Positions 58,475 to 64,000 of a stretch of 64,000 nucleotides of DNA are shown piece after piece (position 1 is the stretch's first letter; the number at the start of each line of letters is the position of its first letter). The notes under the pieces were generated by a model. It did not search any database. It saw only the letters and a list, made by a program, of their open reading frames with translations, and had not been told where the DNA came from. The position numbers were made by a program, and so were the translations under genes. Source of the stretch: Planctomycetota bacterium (GTDB lineage: Bacteria > Planctomycetota > UBA11346); contig JBBQSO010000018.1 of assembly GCA_038213805.1 (NCBI GenBank), forward strand, positions 9,486 through 73,485, given 5' to 3'.

Positions 58475-60118
58475 ATGCAAGAACGAACTATGGCTGCCAC
58501 GCTTTATGATCGCGCCCTCCCCCATCGCATGACTGGCCGTCCAGGGGCGCGTTTCGCGAGACGGGCGCGCATCGACGCGGGCCTGCTGGTGTTCGGCTTG
58601 CTCCTCGCCGGAATGGGCACCGCGCTGCACGCGGAAGCCAGTCTGGCGCACATTTTCGGCGATGACATGGTCCTGCAGCGCGAGCGGCCCGTGCCAATCT
58701 GGGGCTGGGCTTCCGCCGGGGAGGCGATCGAGGTACGCTTCGGGCACCAGATGATGGCGACGCACGCTGATGCTAAGGGGAAGTGGCAGGTGGTCTTGGA
58801 CCCCATGCCCGCCAATGACCAGCCGAGCGACCTGACGATCGGCGACTCCTCCGGCCCCACGCATGTCGTGCGTCACGGCATCCTGGTGGGCGAGGTGTGG
58901 CTCTGCTCCGGCCAATCCAATATGGAATGGGGCGTCGGCTTGGAGGCAAATGGCGCCGACATCATCGCGCACGCCGATCACCCCACGATCAGGCTCTTCA
59001 AGGTCCCGCATCTGATCAGCTACGCGGTGGAGTCCGATTTCAACCCGGCAGCCGCCGCCCCGAAGATCCCCGCCGCCGAAAAGGACCTTGAGAAGAACGC
59101 TGGCGCCTGGCGCACCTGCACTCCGCAAACCATTACCATGGTGGGGTGGAAGGGCTTCTCCTGCGCTGCCTATTTCTTCGCCCTCGACATCCAGACGCGC
59201 TTGAAGGTGCCGGTGGGTATGATCCAGGCCTCTTATGGCGGTTCGGACATCGAATCGTTCATTCCGCTCGAGGGGTATGCGCTGATCCCCGATCGCAAGG
59301 GGATACATGAGAAGGACACCGTCGCCAATTTCAAGATTTTCAAGCAAACCCATCCTGCAATCATGGACTGGTTCCCGGTGGTGAAGTTCAATGGCATGAT
59401 CAATCCGATGGTTCCACTCGCTATACGCGGGGTCCTATGGCATCAGGGAGAATCCAACGTCGGTGCCGGAAAGGAACTGGACTACTATTACGGGCTAAAG
59501 GCACTGATCGGCGGATGGCGCGCCGTGTGGGGGCGCGGCGACCTGCCGTTCTATTATGTTATGACCGGCCCCTACCGTGATTGGAAGGGCGATGAGATGC
59601 CCAAGCACTGGATGTCGCAGCTGGCCGGTCTATCCATTCCCGATACCGGCTATGTCGTGACCACTGACATCGGTGAACCGTGGGATCTCCACCCCTACCG
59701 AAAGGATGTGGTCGGCCATCGCCTGGCTCTGTGGGCCCTCGCCAAAACCTATGGCTGCAAGGATCTCATTTATTCTGGTCCGATCTATAAGTCGATGAGC
59801 GTCGAGGAGCGGACCATCCACGTGGAATTCGAGAGCATTGGCAGCGGCTTGGCCTCGCGTGATGGCAAGGCCTTGACCCATTTCGAAGTTGCTGGAGCTG
59901 ACGGGGTCTTCGTCCCAGCCTCCGCGACCATAACCGGTGGACGAATCGACGTTCGGAGTGACGCCGTCGAGAAGCCGACGGCCGTGCGGTTTGGCTGGAC
60001 CTGGCACCATCCCCAACCGCCGGAGCCGGTGGTGCCGCCAAATCTGGTGAACCGCGAGGGCTTGCCGGCGGCACCGTTCAATTCGCTGCCGAATTATCGG
60101 CCTGGCACTAGCCGCTGA
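58475..60118 (+). CDS. SASA family carbohydrate esterase
   Basis: FGDDMVLQR, GEVWLCSGQSNM, WHQGESN, DLHP, NLVNREGLPAAPF; GAGGA RBS. Confidence 0.93.
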   Translation: MQERTMAATLYDRALPHRMTGRPGARFARRARIDAGLLVFGLLLAGMGTALHAEASLAHIFGDDMVLQRERPVPIWGWASAGEAIEVRFGHQMMATHADAKGKWQVVLDPMPANDQPSDLTIGDSSGPTHVVRHGILVGEVWLCSGQSNMEWGVGLEANGADIIAHADHPTIRLFKVPHLISYAVESDFNPAAAAPKIPAAEKDLEKNAGAWRTCTPQTITMVGWKGFSCAAYFFALDIQTRLKVPVGMIQASYGGSDIESFIPLEGYALIPDRKGIHEKDTVANFKIFKQTHPAIMDWFPVVKFNGMINPMVPLAIRGVLWHQGESNVGAGKELDYYYGLKALIGGWRAVWGRGDLPFYYVMTGPYRDWKGDEMPKHWMSQLAGLSIPDTGYVVTTDIGEPWDLHPYRKDVVGHRLALWALAKTYGCKDLIYSGPIYKSMSVEERTIHVEFESIGSGLASRDGKALTHFEVAGADGVFVPASATITGGRIDVRSDAVEKPTAVRFGWTWHHPQPPEPVVPPNLVNREGLPAAPFNSLPNYRPGTSR

Positions 60119-60556
60119 TGCGGCCATGGCGACATGCACCGTGAATCGTTCCTGCCCAGGATACCCCATGACCATTTCATGTGCGACCAGCCTGATCCTG
60201 TTCACCGCGATCGATAGGAACGTTGTCGATCCACGAGCTCCAGGTCCAGGGCCAGAAGGCGCCGTGATCGACTGAGATCGGAGATGACAACAAAGTCACC
60301 CGCACCACCGAGGTCCCATTTTCGATACCGTCACCCGTCAGGTGGCCGGCAAGGCGCCGGTCGATCGTTTCCATGAGCCTGCTCAGGGCGTTGTCCGAAA
60401 ATTGCAGTAAATGCGGCGAGCGGTGTACATCCTCCTATGAGCCATGGCCAATTCTCAGGGGCAGTGTGAGCGTCATATTGAACCGCCCGGTGCATCATCC
60501 TGCCCCTTCCGCGCATGAGTGGACCGGGGCAACTACGCAGACCTCGAGGACACACG

Positions 60557-63121
60557 ATGCTCTCCTACGTTGCAGCCGTCCGTCGCTATGCATCCATTTG
60601 CACCGTCGTACTGATGGGGTGCGGACTAACAGCGACCGCCGCAGAAACTCGACCACCATCCGCGTCCATGACCATCCATGCTGATCAGGTGGTAGGAAAG
60701 GTCTCACAATACCTCACCGGTTCATGCCTGGAAGACATCCAGCATGAGATCTACCCGGGCCTGTACAGCCAGATGCTGTTCGGCGAATCCTTCCAAGAAC
60801 CGCCGCCACCCGAGCCGATGGCGGGCATCACCGCCGTCCCGCGGGATTATGGCGCCTGGTATCTCAACGCCGATGGCGAGTTGGGAATGGACGAGCTCAC
60901 CGAGCCATCATTCCTCATGTATGATGGTGCCGAACTCGCCAACGGCGCCACAGGCGTCGAGATGAAGATCTTGCGCGGCAGCGATGAGTGGGCTGGCATG
61001 CTGATCAAGCTCAGTGAACCCGGCAACCGCATGCATCAATTCAACGCCTACTGCGTCTGCTTCAACCGCGATGGTCAGATGTTCCTGCGTGGATTCGGCA
61101 AGCAGGACATTAAAAGCGAGCAGCTCCCTTTTAAGGCCGGCTTCGATCAATGGTTCACCCTTGAAGTCAGGACCACCGGGAAAGCCCTCGGGTTGTTCAT
61201 CGACGGCAAGAGCGTTTTTCAATTCGACGAAGGGCAACGACCTGCGGCCAACGGGAAGGTGGGTCTCTACAGCGCATTTTCCAAGGTGCGTTTCCGGAAC
61301 TGGTGGATCGATGCGGGAGCGGGGCGGAAGTCCATCGCTTTGCAGCCCCAAGGCGACAATTGGTCGACCGCTCAGCTGAGCGGCATGTGGCGCGGGGTGC
61401 GCAGTGGAACCGCGACCGGCAGCTTTGGGATCAACAAGGAGGAACCATTCGCTGGGAGACGCTGCCAGCGAATGTCCTTCACCGCCGGAGCGGGAACCAT
61501 CGGCATCGAGAACCGCGGCCTGAGGCGCGCCGGGCTGTGCTTCCGCGCCGGCAAACCGTACGAGGGTCTGATGTGGATACGCACGGACCAGCAGGTGCCG
61601 CTCACCGTCGCACTGCAGAGTGCCGACGGTTCGCGAACCTACGCCAGTCAATTGCTGAATACCGCGGCGGTCTCGGCAACCGCCGAGCACGGTTGGAAGC
61701 GCTTGGATTTCACGCTCACTCCAACGGCCGAGGATATCGCTGGTCGCTTCACCATCCTGCTCGAGAAGCCGGCCGTGGTAGATTTCGGCCGCGTTTTCCT
61801 GCAGCCCGGTGAATGGGGCCGCTACAAGGGCCTGCGCGTTCGCAAGGATATGGTCGAGAAGCTGCTGGAACAGGGCGTCGGAGTCATCCGCTACGGTGGT
61901 TCGATGATGGATGTCGGGGCCAACAAGTGGAAACGCCAGATCGGCCCGCACGACCGTCGTCCCGGCTACGATGGCGGCGGCTGGCAATGGTACCGCTACA
62001 CCACCCAGGGATGGGGCATCATCGACTTCCTCGATCTCTGCGAGGCCACCGGTATCCTTGGCATCCCGTGCACCAACATCGACGAAACGCCAAATGATAT
62101 GGCGGATTTTATCGAATACGTGAACGGCACCCCAGACAGTCCTTGGGGCAAGCGCCGGGTCGCCGATGGCCATGCGAAACCGTATGGACTCAGGCATCTC
62201 GAACTGGGCAACGAACAGACCATCAACGCCGGCTATTTCACGAAGTTTAAGCCTCTGGCGGAGGCCATCTGGAGCAAGGATCCGGGCATCATCCTGGTAG
62301 TAGGCGACATGTACTTCCAATCACCCTTCACGGATCCGTACCATGTCCCGGGTTCATGGGACAAGACTCTCGCCATCCATGAGCAGATCCTCCGGCTCGC
62401 CAAGCAACACGGACGCGAAGTGTGGTTCGATGAGCACGTCAGCACTGAGCGGTGGCCGCATCCTGGCACGGACGAATATCCGGGGGATCTCCCCGGCCTG
62501 CGTAGCCTCAAAGAGAACCTCGGCAAACTGGTGCCTGGCGCGAAGTACGAGGTCGTCGTCTTTGAGTTCAATTCCGACCGCCATGACATCGGCCGCGCCC
62601 TGTGCAATGCCTGGGCTATCAACGTCTGCGAAAGCCTGGACATGCAGGTGGCCTGCTCGGCAAATTGCTTCGAGGCCCATGTCGCGCCACCAACCGACAA
62701 TCCGTTCGACCAGGGCTTGATCTTCTTCAACCCATCCCAGGTGTGGCTCCAGCCGCCAGGTTATGTCGGAAAAATGGTGTCGGATAATTATCTTCCGCTT
62801 CGAGTGCAGAGCAGCGTGCAGAGTCCAGGTGGCCGCCTCGGCGTCAGCGCGAAGCGCAGCGAGGACGGCAAGACGCTGGTCCTGCAGATCGTCAATCAGT
62901 CCGACCAGGCGATGGTCACCGATCTGCAGCTGCATGGTTTCGTCCCCATCCATCCGCACGCGACCGTGTCGGAGCTGTCAGGACCGTTGGATGGAATCAA
63001 TCCGCCAGACCAGCCCATGGCCTATGCGCCAATAAAATCGACGTGGCCGCATGCCTTAACTCATGGCCAAGCGCGCTATACCTTTCCCGGGCACAGCTTC
63101 ACCATCATCCGTTTCGAATAA
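60557..63121 (+). CDS. GH51 alpha-L-arabinofuranosidase-like enzyme with inserted DUF1080-like domain
   Basis: EDIQHEI..GLYSQM.FGESFQE, IRYGG, WKRQIGP..RRP, LELGNE (acid/base), VVFEFN (nucleophile); GAGGA RBS. Confidence 0.88.
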   Translation: MLSYVAAVRRYASICTVVLMGCGLTATAAETRPPSASMTIHADQVVGKVSQYLTGSCLEDIQHEIYPGLYSQMLFGESFQEPPPPEPMAGITAVPRDYGAWYLNADGELGMDELTEPSFLMYDGAELANGATGVEMKILRGSDEWAGMLIKLSEPGNRMHQFNAYCVCFNRDGQMFLRGFGKQDIKSEQLPFKAGFDQWFTLEVRTTGKALGLFIDGKSVFQFDEGQRPAANGKVGLYSAFSKVRFRNWWIDAGAGRKSIALQPQGDNWSTAQLSGMWRGVRSGTATGSFGINKEEPFAGRRCQRMSFTAGAGTIGIENRGLRRAGLCFRAGKPYEGLMWIRTDQQVPLTVALQSADGSRTYASQLLNTAAVSATAEHGWKRLDFTLTPTAEDIAGRFTILLEKPAVVDFGRVFLQPGEWGRYKGLRVRKDMVEKLLEQGVGVIRYGGSMMDVGANKWKRQIGPHDRRPGYDGGGWQWYRYTTQGWGIIDFLDLCEATGILGIPCTNIDETPNDMADFIEYVNGTPDSPWGKRRVADGHAKPYGLRHLELGNEQTINAGYFTKFKPLAEAIWSKDPGIILVVGDMYFQSPFTDPYHVPGSWDKTLAIHEQILRLAKQHGREVWFDEHVSTERWPHPGTDEYPGDLPGLRSLKENLGKLVPGAKYEVVVFEFNSDRHDIGRALCNAWAINVCESLDMQVACSANCFEAHVAPPTDNPFDQGLIFFNPSQVWLQPPGYVGKMVSDNYLPLRVQSSVQSPGGRLGVSAKRSEDGKTLVLQIVNQSDQAMVTDLQLHGFVPIHPHATVSELSGPLDGINPPDQPMAYAPIKSTWPHALTHGQARYTFPGHSFTIIRFE

Positions 63122-63242
63122 GGTAACTGGAGCGCGAGATGGGGAATTTCTGGAGGAATAACCGTTCAACCATTACGCGCCGTGAACGCGCGATTCGGAT
63201 GAAATAGCTTATCATCAATAATGTAAATTAGGACCAACCGTA

Positions 63243-64000
63243 ATGAAAAAAACTAAGTTTGTACTCATCGGCGTGATTTCTTGTATTTCCTTCATGGTTC
63301 TTTTCGCTGGGATGGCCCTGTCGGCCGAATCAGGGGGAGAACGACGCCCTGCCACCTTCTGTAATCCCCTCAATCTCGATTACCGCTTTGGATATCAGCT
63401 GTCGTGGGCCAAGCCCAGCCGGCGCGAAGCTGCTGATCCGGCCATGATCGCCTTCAAGGGCGAATATTGGCTCTTTGCATCGAAGAGCGGAGGATATTGG
63501 CATTCTGTCGACATGGTGGAATGGAAACGGGTTGAACCGCATGGCCTTCCCGAGGAAGCCATAGAAGCCTATGCACCCGCTGTCACAGCGATGGGTGGAC
63601 GCATCTACTATACCGCAGGAGGATGCGGCCTCTTCAGCACCGACGATCCGGCTGGAGGTCACTGGCGCAAGGAGGCCGATTTCCCGGAAAATTATACGGA
63701 TCCGGCAATGTTCGTCGACGATGACGGGCGCTTTTTCATCTATGATGGATGCGTCGGACCCATCCGTGTCACCGAACTGGACCCCAAGGACAAGTTCAGG
63801 CAGAGAGCGCGATTGAGCGGCATCATCGCAGCGGACTACCTACATCGCGGATGGGAGGTCAACGGCAACAATAACCGCGGGTCTTCCTTCAAGGAAAAAG
63901 ATGGCACCATCAACGATGGCTGCCGCCCCTGTGTCGAGGGGACGTGGATGACGAAGCACAACGGAAAATATTATCTCCAGTATGCGGCACCCGCGACCGA
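63243..64000 (+). CDS. GH43 glycosidase (subfamily 28-like); runs off the window
   Basis: Not in the ORF track. Manual translation is open to the window end: MKKTKF signal peptide, TFCNPLNLDYRF, RREAADP, YAPA, TDPAMFVDDDGR, VEGTWMTKHNGKYYLQYAAP. Confidence 0.9.
   Translation, partial: MKKTKFVLIGVISCISFMVLFAGMALSAESGGERRPATFCNPLNLDYRFGYQLSWAKPSRREAADPAMIAFKGEYWLFASKSGGYWHSVDMVEWKRVEPHGLPEEAIEAYAPAVTAMGGRIYYTAGGCGLFSTDDPAGGHWRKEADFPENYTDPAMFVDDDGRFFIYDGCVGPIRVTELDPKDKFRQRARLSGIIAADYLHRGWEVNGNNNRGSSFKEKDGTINDGCRPCVEGTWMTKHNGKYYLQYAAPAT

Noticed and set aside
1..64000. CRISPR arrays, tRNA/rRNA genes, phage or defence genes, SusC/D
   Set aside because: No spaced repeat arrays or diagnostic motifs were seen on reading; short RNAs could have been missed without covariance searches.

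Overview
A high-GC bacterial window, most likely Planctomycetota (PVC superphylum), judged from the Planctomycete-type cytochrome families and ECF/FecR pairs. Almost all of it is a large complex-polysaccharide utilisation region, probably for acetylated, fucosylated rhamnogalacturonan/pectin. It encodes PL4-like and PL26-like rhamnogalacturonan lyases, a heparinase II/III-fold lyase-like protein, GH29, GH95, GH51, GH43, a GH141-like beta-helix, a GxGYxYP-like protein, seven esterases, RhaM, an SSS symporter, one LacI and two AraC regulators, and two ECF sigma/FecR pairs whose anti-sigmas carry extra sugar-type domains. Three PVC haem-c modules are interleaved with the CAZymes (PVC-type dehydrogenase; DUF1549/1553 + DUF1501; DUF1592 + DUF1552), and there is no SusC/D or TonB receptor. 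A mobile-element scar at about 41.5-45.4 kb (IS5 pseudo-element, rve-integrase element, internally deleted Tn3 tnpA with an intact 38-bp IR, res-like sites, decayed TPP riboswitch plus thiC stump before rhaM) separates a very GC-rich left half from a visibly less GC-rich right half. The most notable signals are several CAZymes with non-canonical catalytic motifs, a LacI-SSS-lyase-esterase module with an identical 12-bp operator, and a FecR anti-sigma fused to a GH-like barrel. All family calls come from recognising motifs by eye, not from database searches.
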